Below are positions 39,939 to 48,751 of a DNA stretch of 64,000 nucleotides, piece by piece. Source of the stretch: an uncultured delta proteobacterium. GTDB lineage: Bacteria; Desulfobacterota; Binatia; Binatales; Binataceae. The notes beneath the pieces were generated by a model. That model ran no database searches. It was given only the letters and a program-made list of their open reading frames with translations, and had not been told where the DNA came from. Within the stretch, counting starts at the first letter, position 1. The number at the start of each line of letters is the position of its first letter. The stretch is from the NCBI GenBank assembly GCA_963724765.1, contig CAVRVY010000004.1, positions 1,024,001 through 1,088,000 of the forward strand, given 5' to 3'. The position numbers and the translations under genes were made by a program.

Positions 39939-41129
39939 TCACGACGCTGCGGGAGCTGCGGGCTGTCTCGCCGGCGCGGGAGCGGCCGGGCCATCCGGCC
40001 CGGCGGGAGCCAACCGTGGCTTCACTTCCATCCCGTCGGAAACCCTTTGCAAACCCTCGGTGATAACGTGTTCGCCGGGCGTTAGACCCTTTTCGATGAT
40101 TCTGAGATTGCCCGCCTGCTTGCCGGTCTTGACCGTACGCAGGCTGACCCGGTTGTCTGCATCCACGACCGCGACCTGAGATTGTCCCTGGGTCTCGAGC
40201 ACCGCGTCCTGGGGAACGAGCAGTGCGCCCCGCTGAACATCGGCCGCCACGCGAATTTTCGCATATAAACCGGGCCGCAGAATGTAGTCGGGATTCGGAA
40301 AAATTCCCTGGATGACGATCGTGCCGGTCTGCACGTTGACCTGGCGATTGGCGACATAAAAGTGGCCTGGATATTTGTAGGTCTTGTTGTCGGCAAGGAT
40401 CATTTGCAGCTCGGGCTCGTTCTTCGCCACCCCTTGCTCTTCGTGCTGCTTGATGCGCTCGGCGAAATGCAGATACTCGCGCTCGCTAATCGGGAAGCTG
40501 ACCTTGATCGGGTCGAGTTGCGAGACCGTCGTCAGTAGCGTGGTGGGGCCGACCAGGTCGCCGACTTGCGTCTTGGCGATGCCGGCGATGCCGCCGATGG
40601 GCGAGATCACCCGCGTCCACTGCAGGTTGAGGCGCGCCGATTCGACCGCCGCCTGGCCCGCCTGCACCTGCGCCGCGGTTGCGCGCGTGGTTTGCGTCTG
40701 AGTGTCAAATTGCTGCTTCGAGATAACGGCCATTTTGTAGAGCGTCGTATAGCGCGCGAGATCCTGCTGATGCTGCTTTAGCTGGGCCTCCACCTGGGCA
40801 AGATCGCCGAGCGCCTGGTCGAGCGCGGCTTTGTACTCGCGATCGTCGATCTGGAACAGCAACTGGCCTTCGTTCACCTTGTCGCCGTCCCTGTAGTTCT
40901 GCTTCAGCAGATAGCCGGATACCTTCGGATGAATTTGCGCGTTGACGAAACCCGCGGTCGTGCCGACCCACTCCGAGTAAAGCGGCACGTCTCGCTGGAC
41001 GACCTCGGTGACCACGACTTCCGGCGCGGGCGGCGCCGTCGCGGGCGCCGTCTTCTTGCATGCCGTCGCGGCCAGCAAGAGCGCCGGCGCAAAAGTGGCA
41101 GCGACGAGTAGAAGAATTTTCCGCGGCAT
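39939..41129 (-). CDS. RND periplasmic adaptor (MFP)
   Basis: Lipobox ATAC; GDKVNEGQLLFQID, SPIGG, FPNPDYILRPG, GLTPGEHVITEGLQ. Confidence 0.93.
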   Translation of the reverse strand: MPRKILLLVAATFAPALLLAATACKKTAPATAPPAPEVVVTEVVQRDVPLYSEWVGTTAGFVNAQIHPKVSGYLLKQNYRDGDKVNEGQLLFQIDDREYKAALDQALGDLAQVEAQLKQHQQDLARYTTLYKMAVISKQQFDTQTQTTRATAAQVQAGQAAVESARLNLQWTRVISPIGGIAGIAKTQVGDLVGPTTLLTTVSQLDPIKVSFPISEREYLHFAERIKQHEEQGVAKNEPELQMILADNKTYKYPGHFYVANRQVNVQTGTIVIQGIFPNPDYILRPGLYAKIRVAADVQRGALLVPQDAVLETQGQSQVAVVDADNRVSLRTVKTGKQAGNLRIIEKGLTPGEHVITEGLQRVSDGMEVKPRLAPAGPDGPAAPAPARQPAAPAAS

Positions 41130-41290
41130 CAGCCAATTCTCCCGCGATCTCATCGGACCAACGATTATGCTCAAATACGCAACGTCGGGCGAGGCCTCAT
41201 AAGCCGGACGCAGGCCTCTCCGTTCCTCTCCTCCGGAGGGAGAAATTTTTTCAAAGAACAGCCCGGCAGTGCGCGAAGCGAGGGATTAAA

Positions 41291-41866
41291 TTGAACAAGG
41301 TGCTGCACAAATTTGCTGGGGTTGGCAAATGGCTCGAGCATGAGTTCGTCGCGGCTTGGCCGGTATTTCTCTTCTTTCTGATTGGATTTCTGTTTTTGCT
41401 TGTGATCGTCAAGCTGGTGCTGGCGAATTTCTCGATCGAGATCACGGCACTTCCCAGCGCCGTGGTCGGCGCCCTGCTGGCTGCCAAGGCGGTGCTTATA
41501 CTCAATGAGACGACGCTCGCGCGCCACCTCGAGCGCTATCGCCGGATTGTTGCAGTCGCCGTTAAGACCTTACTTTACGGCGCCATTACCCTGTTGCTCG
41601 GCTACCTCGAGAGGCTCCTGGAGGCGCGACATCGGATGCATGCTTTCGGCGCGGCGGCGGACTACGTGATTGCCCAGACGAGTCTGTACCGGCTGTTCGC
41701 CTGGGCCCTGGGCATAACTCTCGTGTTTGGACTCTACTTCGCGTTGTTCGAGATCAGCCAGCGCATGGGAAAGGGAGAGCTTTGGAAACTGTTTTTCGAA
41801 TCTCCCATGACCGGCGGCGGAACCAGCCAGCAGTCGAACGTCACTGTCGGCAAGGTTCTGAATTGA
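41291..41866 (+). CDS. Hypothetical integral membrane protein
   Basis: Four hydrophobic segments; TTG start with upstream GGGA; start uncertain. Confidence 0.6.
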   Translation: MNKVLHKFAGVGKWLEHEFVAAWPVFLFFLIGFLFLLVIVKLVLANFSIEITALPSAVVGALLAAKAVLILNETTLARHLERYRRIVAVAVKTLLYGAITLLLGYLERLLEARHRMHAFGAAADYVIAQTSLYRLFAWALGITLVFGLYFALFEISQRMGKGELWKLFFESPMTGGGTSQQSNVTVGKVLN

Positions 41867-42034
41867 AGCGTCGGTTCAATGACTTAGTCGGGGCAGATCT
41901 CGAAATCGTTTAATCCCGTCGCGCGATCAGCGTGATTTCCGGCTATCTCGGGAACGGCGTCTTAGATGACCTCCCGCGGACGCCTCGCGTTGTTCTCATC
42001 GCTAGTGCTAGTAAAAGAACGCGGAGGATTCGCG

Positions 42035-42448
42035 ATGGCACTCAAGCTGAAAAAGACCGTCAAGCAACTGTGCGCCGAGGCTGAAAAGGAGATTCAGACC
42101 ATAACCCCGCAGGAGGCGGTCAAGCTCAAGGACGATCCCGGCGTCCTGCTGGTCGACATCCGCGACATCCGCGAACTGCAGCGCGACGGCCGCGTGCCCG
42201 GCGCCCTCCATGCGCCGCGCGGGATGCTGGAATTCTGGATCGATCCGGAGAGCCCCTACTACAAGGAGGTCTTCGGCACGGGCAAGCGTTTCGTGTTTTT
42301 TTGCGCGGGCGGACTGCGCTCGGCGCTGGCCACGCAGGCGGTGCAGCAGATGGGCCTGGAGCCGGTGTGTCACATTCGCGGCGGATTTCGCGCCTGGAAA
42401 GAAAGCGGCGGCGCGGTCGAGCGGATGCCCGAAAAGAAGCCGGAGTGA
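42035..42448 (+). CDS. Single-domain rhodanese
   Basis: GGAGG RBS; LVDIRD, PRGMLEFW, FCAGGLRS, GGFRAW. Confidence 0.9.
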   Translation: MALKLKKTVKQLCAEAEKEIQTITPQEAVKLKDDPGVLLVDIRDIRELQRDGRVPGALHAPRGMLEFWIDPESPYYKEVFGTGKRFVFFCAGGLRSALATQAVQQMGLEPVCHIRGGFRAWKESGGAVERMPEKKPE

Positions 42449-42556
42449 TTCCGGCGTCCGGCTGTTCAAAGTCATTGCGGCGCACCATCAACGCTCGAGC
42501 GTGGAAGATCGATATCAACCTGGCCAATCCAACTTCATCTAATCCTGGGAGAATGT

Positions 42557-43501
42557 TTGATGACGACCGATGAACGAATTCAGCAGGCCGCGAAGAAGTA
42601 CCGCAACTGGGGAAAATGGGGCAAGGATGACCAGCTCGGAACGCTGAACTACATCACGCCGGAAAAAATTATCCAGGCCGCTCGCCTGGTGCGCGCAGGC
42701 CGCGTTGTCTCATTGGCGTTACCCTACGATTCCAAGGGGCCGCAGACCGGAGCCTGGGGCAGAGTCAATCCGGTTCACACCTTCGTTTTGACCGGCACGG
42801 ATGCCGCGGCGGGCGTTCAACCGTTCCCGCATGGAATTGGCGCGGCGGACGACGCCGTCACGATGTTTTTGCAGTGCGGAACGCAATGGGATGCCCTGGC
42901 CCATATATTCGACTACGGCAAGATGTGGAACGGACAAAATGCCGCCAGGGTCAGCGCGCGCGGCGCCGAAGTCAACGGGATCGAAAAGATGGCTGAGAAA
43001 ATCGTCAGCCGCGGAGTGTTACTCGATATCGCCCGCTTCAAAAGACTCGAAGCCCTTGCGCCGGGCTATCCGGTGACCGAACAGGATCTGACCGCCTGCG
43101 CCGCGGCGGAAGATGTGAAGGTCGGGCGTGGCGACATCGTGCTGGTTCGCACGGGGCAGCTAGGTTACTGCAAGAAAAACGGATGGGGCACGTTTGCCGC
43201 CGGCGACGCTCCGGGGCTTTCCTTCAGCACCGCGGATTGGCTTTACCGGACCGAGATCGCCGGCATCGCCAGCGATACCTGGGGGCTGGAAGTGCGGCCC
43301 AACGAACTGCCCGACGCTTTTCAGCCACTGCACCAGGTAATGATCCCCAATATCGGTCTGTTGGTGGGCGAGATTTTCGATCTCGAGAAGATCGCCGACG
43401 ATTGCGCCGCCGATAAAGTTTACGAATTCATGTTCGTCGCTCCGCCGCTTCCGATAACCGGTGCGGTCGGATCGCCGATAAACCCTCAGGCGATCAAATG
43501 A
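42557..43501 (+). CDS. Cyclase (kynurenine formamidase-like) family metal hydrolase
   Basis: NWGKWGKDDQLGTLN, QCGTQWDALAH, RGVLLD, GDIVLVRTG, GSPINP. Confidence 0.9.
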   Translation: MMTTDERIQQAAKKYRNWGKWGKDDQLGTLNYITPEKIIQAARLVRAGRVVSLALPYDSKGPQTGAWGRVNPVHTFVLTGTDAAAGVQPFPHGIGAADDAVTMFLQCGTQWDALAHIFDYGKMWNGQNAARVSARGAEVNGIEKMAEKIVSRGVLLDIARFKRLEALAPGYPVTEQDLTACAAAEDVKVGRGDIVLVRTGQLGYCKKNGWGTFAAGDAPGLSFSTADWLYRTEIAGIASDTWGLEVRPNELPDAFQPLHQVMIPNIGLLVGEIFDLEKIADDCAADKVYEFMFVAPPLPITGAVGSPINPQAIK

Positions 43502-43630
43502 GCGGCCGGTTGAGACGACTTATTTCAGTTGGCTGAGTATCGTGATAGTTGACGATCCAAATCCGCGGAGATATTTTCTCCGTCGCAAAAGCTCAATCTG
43601 TCAATTCCGAAGCGTTCAGGAATACTTGAT

Positions 43631-43756
43631 ATGGCAAGTCCAACAAATTGGTTAATCCTCGAGCTGGTAGTTCTAGCCGTGGTAGGGGTGGTAGCGCTTT
43701 TCGTGGCCGTCGCAGCCGGCAAGCAGAGCAAGCTGACCGGAATCAACGGACAGTGA
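43631..43756 (+). CDS. Unannotated 41-aa single-TM small protein
   Basis: MASPTNWLILELVVLAVVGVVALFVAVAAGKQSKLTGINGQ; AGGA upstream; below the ORF-track length cutoff. Confidence 0.45.
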   Translation: MASPTNWLILELVVLAVVGVVALFVAVAAGKQSKLTGINGQ

Positions 43757-43774
43757 TTCCCGATCCGGATTGAC

Positions 43775-44383
43775 TTAGCCAGGGGCGCGGTCGAGGCGCT
43801 GGCGAAGAAGATCGATCATGCGATGCGCGATAACCGCCGGCGCATCGCCGCCCGGATGATACCAGACGTGCGACCAGTTGAGTCCGCCCATCAGCAGCAG
43901 CCGCAGGTAGCGGCGGTCGGCGTCCTCGGGCAACGCAAGCGCGTCTATCAACTCGCGAAAGCGCGCCTCGTACTGATCGCGTAGCTCGAGCAGACGCTCG
44001 GCGACTTTGCCGCCCTCGGGCGGCAGCACCCGAATCATCACCTGCGTGTAATCGCTCAACTCGAGCAGCGCCTCGAGATGCGCGGTGCATCCGGCTTCCA
44101 GCCGCTCCCACGCCGTGTCGCGCCCGGCCACTGCGGCGTCGACCCGCTCTGCGATATGGCGCAGGCCCTCCTCGTAGACCGCCAGCAGCAACTCTTCCTT
44201 GGATGGAAAGTGGTAGTAGATGGAGCCCGAAAGCATCCCGACTGCTCGCGCGATGTCCCGCATCGAGGTGACATGGTAGCCACGCTCGCGGAACAGACGG
44301 GCTGCGACGTCAAGCAGTTGCTGACGGCGGTTGTCCTGGCGGGGAGCGCGGAGCGCGGAATTGGTGGAAGTCGAAGCGCTCAT
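43775..44383 (-). CDS. TetR family regulator (KstR2/PsrA-like)
   Basis: LLDVAARLFRERGY..SMRDIA..SGSIYYHFPSKEELL; C-terminal GLNW..WY.PGG. Confidence 0.9.
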   Translation of the reverse strand: MSASTSTNSALRAPRQDNRRQQLLDVAARLFRERGYHVTSMRDIARAVGMLSGSIYYHFPSKEELLLAVYEEGLRHIAERVDAAVAGRDTAWERLEAGCTAHLEALLELSDYTQVMIRVLPPEGGKVAERLLELRDQYEARFRELIDALALPEDADRRYLRLLLMGGLNWSHVWYHPGGDAPAVIAHRMIDLLRQRLDRAPG

Positions 44384-44494
44384 CTATACGCCGATATCGC
44401 CCGCCGGTTTAGCCGTCGCCGGATAGCACCCGCGACCGCCCCGGTTTGGCAGCTCAAGAGCGCCGTTGGTGCTATCGGCTTCGTGCTATCCGGC

Positions 44495-45520
44495 TCAGCC
44501 GGCCGCCGCCGCGCTTTGATTATAGGTGCGGCCGTCGGCGGTTGGGTCAAACCCCAGAGCGCTTAAATGCGACTTGATGCGATCGTTCAACAGTCCCACC
44601 TTGTCCATGTTGGCGACGACCTGCTGATGCATGTCGCGGCGGAAGAGCTGGCGGAACATCGTTTGCTCGGTGCCCTTGGCGACCTCTTGCCGATAGCGCT
44701 CGATTCCGTTGACTTCGGCCTTGTTGAAGCCCACCGCTTCGTAGGCGTCGCGCGGGAACTGGCCGCTCATCACCAGCCGCAGCGCTTCCTTGGTGAAGTC
44801 TTCGACCTCGTGGCGCTCGGTCTCGCTGAGTTGCTCGATCTGCTCCGGCAGGCTGATCACCGAGAAGCCCATGTGGCGCGACTCATCGCTCAGGATCTTG
44901 CGGCAGATGACGCTGAGCAGCGGATCCTGCGCGCTCTCGGCGAGCATCCGGAACAGCGACACCGCGAGCGTCTCGGCGACGAGCTGCAGGCCGATGGTCT
45001 TGATGTACCACTTGCTGCTTCCGATCAGTTGATCGAACAGCGACTTGAGGTTGGTGGTCATCGGGTAGACCTTGTTGCCGAGCTTCTCCTTGATGTAGCG
45101 CGCGAGCACTTCGGCGTGGCGCGCCTCGTCGACCACTTGCGTGGTCATGAAGAATTTCGAGTCAGTAGTCGGCACCATCTGGACCAGCTGGCTGCAGGCG
45201 ATCATCGCGCCCGACTCACCATGCAGAAGTTGCGAGAGCCGCCAGGCCGAAAACTCGATATTGAGTTCGCGACGCCGCTTCAGATCGAGCTTTTCCCAGT
45301 AGGGGCTGCCGTATGCGTCGATCAGGCCGTCGTGGAATACGCCGCGATCCGGATCGACCGGCGCGCTCCAATCGATGTCGCGCGAGACGTTCCACTGGTC
45401 ACGCTTGGCATTCTCGTACAGCCGCCGCATATCGGGCGCGTGGACCTCGTAGTCGCGCTGGTAGATAGTCTCGATGGAGCTGGGAATCGCGTGCCACGTC
45501 TCGGTCGTCATCTGAGCCAT
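44495..45520 (-). CDS. Ferritin-like diiron-carboxylate protein
   Basis: LYENAKRDQW..DIDW; ligands LHGE, DEARH, VAE, DESRH. Confidence 0.85.
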   Translation of the reverse strand: MAQMTTETWHAIPSSIETIYQRDYEVHAPDMRRLYENAKRDQWNVSRDIDWSAPVDPDRGVFHDGLIDAYGSPYWEKLDLKRRRELNIEFSAWRLSQLLHGESGAMIACSQLVQMVPTTDSKFFMTTQVVDEARHAEVLARYIKEKLGNKVYPMTTNLKSLFDQLIGSSKWYIKTIGLQLVAETLAVSLFRMLAESAQDPLLSVICRKILSDESRHMGFSVISLPEQIEQLSETERHEVEDFTKEALRLVMSGQFPRDAYEAVGFNKAEVNGIERYRQEVAKGTEQTMFRQLFRRDMHQQVVANMDKVGLLNDRIKSHLSALGFDPTADGRTYNQSAAAAG

Positions 45521-45572
45521 TTTGAGAACTCCTGAATTGGATACGGATCGCTGGGGGCGTCCCGTTCGCTAA

Positions 45573-45621
45573 AGCAAACGCTTGTTTGCTATCTATATGA
45601 TCCCATCACAGGCTGTGTCAA
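45573..45621 (-). promoter_or_regulatory. Sigma70-like promoter with overlapping palindromic operator upstream of the diiron gene
   Basis: Minus-strand TTGACA (45616-45621), an 18-nt spacer, then TATAGA. The palindrome AGCAAAC-gctt-GTTTGCT (45573-45590) lies at the predicted start site. Confidence 0.55.
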
Positions 45622-45677
45622 GGCTCACGATCTATTTGTCATTGTACGGTCAAAACATCCCGCATTCCTTGGCATTT

Positions 45678-46457
45678 TTAACGTCCGCTGAACTTCGCCT
45701 CGCGGCGCTCGAGAAACGCGGCCAGCCCTTCCTTGCGGTCTTCGGTCGCATACAGGAGCCCCATCGCCTGGCGCTCGGCCTCGATACCGGTCTTGAGGCC
45801 GCCGTTTTGCGCAATATCGACCAGCAGCTTCCCGCATCGGAGCCCCACCGGCGGCAGCTTGAGCAGCTTGCGGGCCCACTGCGTCGCGACCTCCAGCGCC
45901 TGGCCCGCCGGTGCGATTTCATTCGCGAGTCCGTGATGGAACGCCTGCTGAGCGGTGAGTGGCTCGCCGGTGTAGATCATCTGTTTGGCGATCGCCGCCG
46001 GCAGCATCCGCGGAAGGCGTTGCGTCCCGCCCGCGCCCGGCAGCAATCCGATCTTTATCTCGGGCACGCCGATGCTTGTGTCTTCGGCAATGATGCGGAA
46101 GTCGCAACACAGGGAAATCTCGCATCCGCCGCCGTAGGCGATTCCATTGATCGCGGCGATCGTCGGGCGGTCGAGATCTTCGATCCCGTTGAAAGCCGTC
46201 TGCACGCCTTCGATAAAGCTCATAAAGTCGGGCGGTCCGCCGACCTTGGTCAGCGCCGCGATGTCGGCGCCGGCGCAGAACGCGCGTCCGTTGCCGGTAA
46301 AAATCACCACGCGCGCTCCCGGGTCAGCGCGCACATCGGCCGCGAGCTTGCGCAAGTCGTCGATCATCTCGGGGTTGATCGCGTTGAGCTTGCCCGGGCG
46401 GTTGAAGCGCACGGTCGCAATGCCGTCCGCACATTCGTATTGCAAGGTCTGGTACAT
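45678..46457 (-). CDS. Enoyl-CoA hydratase/isomerase
   Basis: NRPGKLNA, FCAGAD, GGGCE, PEIKIGLLPGAGGTQRL; RBS GGAGGAG. Confidence 0.9.
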   Translation of the reverse strand: MYQTLQYECADGIATVRFNRPGKLNAINPEMIDDLRKLAADVRADPGARVVIFTGNGRAFCAGADIAALTKVGGPPDFMSFIEGVQTAFNGIEDLDRPTIAAINGIAYGGGCEISLCCDFRIIAEDTSIGVPEIKIGLLPGAGGTQRLPRMLPAAIAKQMIYTGEPLTAQQAFHHGLANEIAPAGQALEVATQWARKLLKLPPVGLRCGKLLVDIAQNGGLKTGIEAERQAMGLLYATEDRKEGLAAFLERREAKFSGR

Positions 46458-46534
46458 TCGCTCCTCCTGTTTCGATCCGGCGTGATTTTTGGTGACGTTC
46501 GGTCTCGCTGGCAAGGCCCACGGCGCGCCGGCGG

Positions 46535-47281
46535 TTAAACCATCGTCAACCCGCCGCTCACCGAGAGCGCCTGCCCGGTGATATACGAGGCGTCACCGGA
46601 GGCCAGAAACGCCACCGCAGCCGCGATATCCGCCGGCTCGCCCAGCCGGCGCATCGGCACCGCGCGCCTAAGCGCCTCGTGCAGCTTGGGATTATTTGCC
46701 GCCAGTTCCTGGAGCATCGGCGTGTTGGTCGGCCCCGGACACACGCAGTTGACGTTGATCCCATGGCGCGCCATCTCGCGCGCCAGCGTTTTGCTGAACG
46801 CGATCACGCCTCCCTTGGCGCCCGAGTAGACCGCCTCGCCGCTCGAGCCGACGCGTCCCGCATCCGAGCTGATCGACACGATTCGTCCACCTCCGCGCGC
46901 GATCATCGAATCGAGCACGGCGCGGCAGCAGTTGATCGGCCCGCGCAGATCGATCGCCAGCACCTTGTCCCAGGTCTCCTCGCTGTTCTGCAGGAACGGC
47001 TCCGCCCTATCCCATCCGGCGTTGTTGACCAGGATGTCGATCGGCCCCAGCCGCCGTTCGGCCTCGGCCACCGCCGCGCGCGCGCTGGCGAGCTTGGCTA
47101 CGTCGATCGCGAGTCCGATCGCGCCGCCGCCGATTTCTTTCGCCGCGGCTTCCGCGCCGGCCTGGTCCAGGTCGGCGAGCGCGACCTTGCATCCCTCCTC
47201 GCGCAAGCGCTGCGCAATTCCTCTGCCGATTCCGCGCCCCGCGCCGGTGACGAATGCGACCTTGCCGCTTAGTCCGCGCAT
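46535..47281 (-). CDS. SDR, BadH-like (2-hydroxycyclohexanecarboxyl-CoA dehydrogenase family)
   Basis: TGAGRGIG, NNAGWD, SSDAGRVGSSGEAVYSGAKGG, CPGPTNT, SVSGGLTM. Confidence 0.8.
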   Translation of the reverse strand: MRGLSGKVAFVTGAGRGIGRGIAQRLREEGCKVALADLDQAGAEAAAKEIGGGAIGLAIDVAKLASARAAVAEAERRLGPIDILVNNAGWDRAEPFLQNSEETWDKVLAIDLRGPINCCRAVLDSMIARGGGRIVSISSDAGRVGSSGEAVYSGAKGGVIAFSKTLAREMARHGINVNCVCPGPTNTPMLQELAANNPKLHEALRRAVPMRRLGEPADIAAAVAFLASGDASYITGQALSVSGGLTMV

Positions 47282-47515
47282 CTGATGGTTCCTCCTTATA
47301 CAAAACGCGGCGCACGCCGCGCGCGGCGCGATTATAATCCCCGCGCGCCCGCAATGAGAAAGCCGCCGATGTAATAGGCGCGTGTTCTGAGCCGACAGGC
47401 GCCGCGGCTCGGGTGCCGTCGCGCCCTGTGCGCGCGAAGCCAAACTCTGCTAGGAGAGAAGCGTGGGATGCGCCGGCGAGTGTGGGCGCGACCGAACCTG
47501 CGCGGAGGCCACGCG

Positions 47516-48634
47516 ATGAAAGCGATCGATGGTGACAGCCACTTCATGGAACCGATGGATCTGTTCGAGCGCTATATCGATCCGGCCTTTCGCGAGCGCA
47601 CGGTAAAGATGGTCCGCGACCCCGAAAACGGCAAGGCGACGATGCTCGCCGACGGCAAGCCGCTTAAGCTGCGCGACGTCGACCAGATAATGGGCCTGCT
47701 AGTGGCTTACGGAGAAAAAGAGCAGGGCCTCAACGTCGGCAACTTCGACCGCTATCTCGGCTACAGCCAGCAATGGCAGGACATGGACGCGCGCGTGCGC
47801 TTCCTCGACGACGAGGGCTTCGACAAACAGGTGCTCTACCCCAGCCTCGGCATCGTGTGGGAGGGCGAGGTCGAGGACCCCGCGCTCGCCGACGCGCTCT
47901 GCCGCGCCTACAACACCTGGGCCTTCGAGCTGGTCGCCTCGCACAAGGATCGCCTGTTTCCCGCCGCGCACATCTCGATCCGCGATCCCGAACTCGCAGT
48001 GCGCGAGATGGAACGGGTCGCGAAGCTCGGCGCACAGAGCATCTTTGTCTCCTCCGCGCCGGTGCGCGGCCATAGCTTCGGCCATCCCGAATTCGACCTG
48101 GTATGGGCGGCGGCCCAGTCGCTCGACCTCGCGGTCGGCATCCACCTGGTCTCGCAGCGCAACTACACCGGCAGCGCCTGGTACAAGGATCCCAAGCCGG
48201 GACTGATGTACTTCACCATGAGCATCATCCAGGACCCGCGAATGGCGCTGACCACGATGGTGGTCGACGGCGTATTCGAGCGCTTCCCCACGTTGCGCGT
48301 CGCGACGGTCGAGGCGATGGTCGGATGGGTCGGCGAATGGATCGAGCGCCTGGACTATCGCTACTCATACATGGGGCACACCTCGCAGATGAAACGCTCC
48401 ACCGAGGAATACTTCCATCGCAACATCTGGATCAGCGCCGATCCCGAGGAGCGGATGTTCCCCTACATCGTGCAGTTCGCCGGCGACGATCGTTTCTTCA
48501 TCGGCTCGGACTACCCGCACGCCGAGGGTTTCGTGCGCCCGGTGGAGAAGGTGCGCAAGCAGCTTGCCTCGCTACCCAAAGCGTCGGTCGACAAGATTCT
48601 CGAGACCAACGCGCGCAACTTCTACCACATCTGA
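47516..48634 (+). CDS. Amidohydrolase_2 family protein
   Basis: IDGDSH, QVLYPS, GVFERFP, GSDYPH; GGAGG RBS. Confidence 0.88.
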   Translation: MKAIDGDSHFMEPMDLFERYIDPAFRERTVKMVRDPENGKATMLADGKPLKLRDVDQIMGLLVAYGEKEQGLNVGNFDRYLGYSQQWQDMDARVRFLDDEGFDKQVLYPSLGIVWEGEVEDPALADALCRAYNTWAFELVASHKDRLFPAAHISIRDPELAVREMERVAKLGAQSIFVSSAPVRGHSFGHPEFDLVWAAAQSLDLAVGIHLVSQRNYTGSAWYKDPKPGLMYFTMSIIQDPRMALTTMVVDGVFERFPTLRVATVEAMVGWVGEWIERLDYRYSYMGHTSQMKRSTEEYFHRNIWISADPEERMFPYIVQFAGDDRFFIGSDYPHAEGFVRPVEKVRKQLASLPKASVDKILETNARNFYHI

Positions 48635-48751
48635 GCACTACTGCAGCGCGTTTCAGCACGGCGCCTGAAACGTTGTAGAATGGCGAAAGCGAAGGCCGAT
48701 AAATTTTCGGCCTGCAAAGTCGCAAACCGCGACCACAGCGCGCCCCCGATA

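Noticed and set aside
41875-41887. ttcaatgacttag as a recombination or att site
   Set aside because: Single short copy with no integrase or tRNA nearby.
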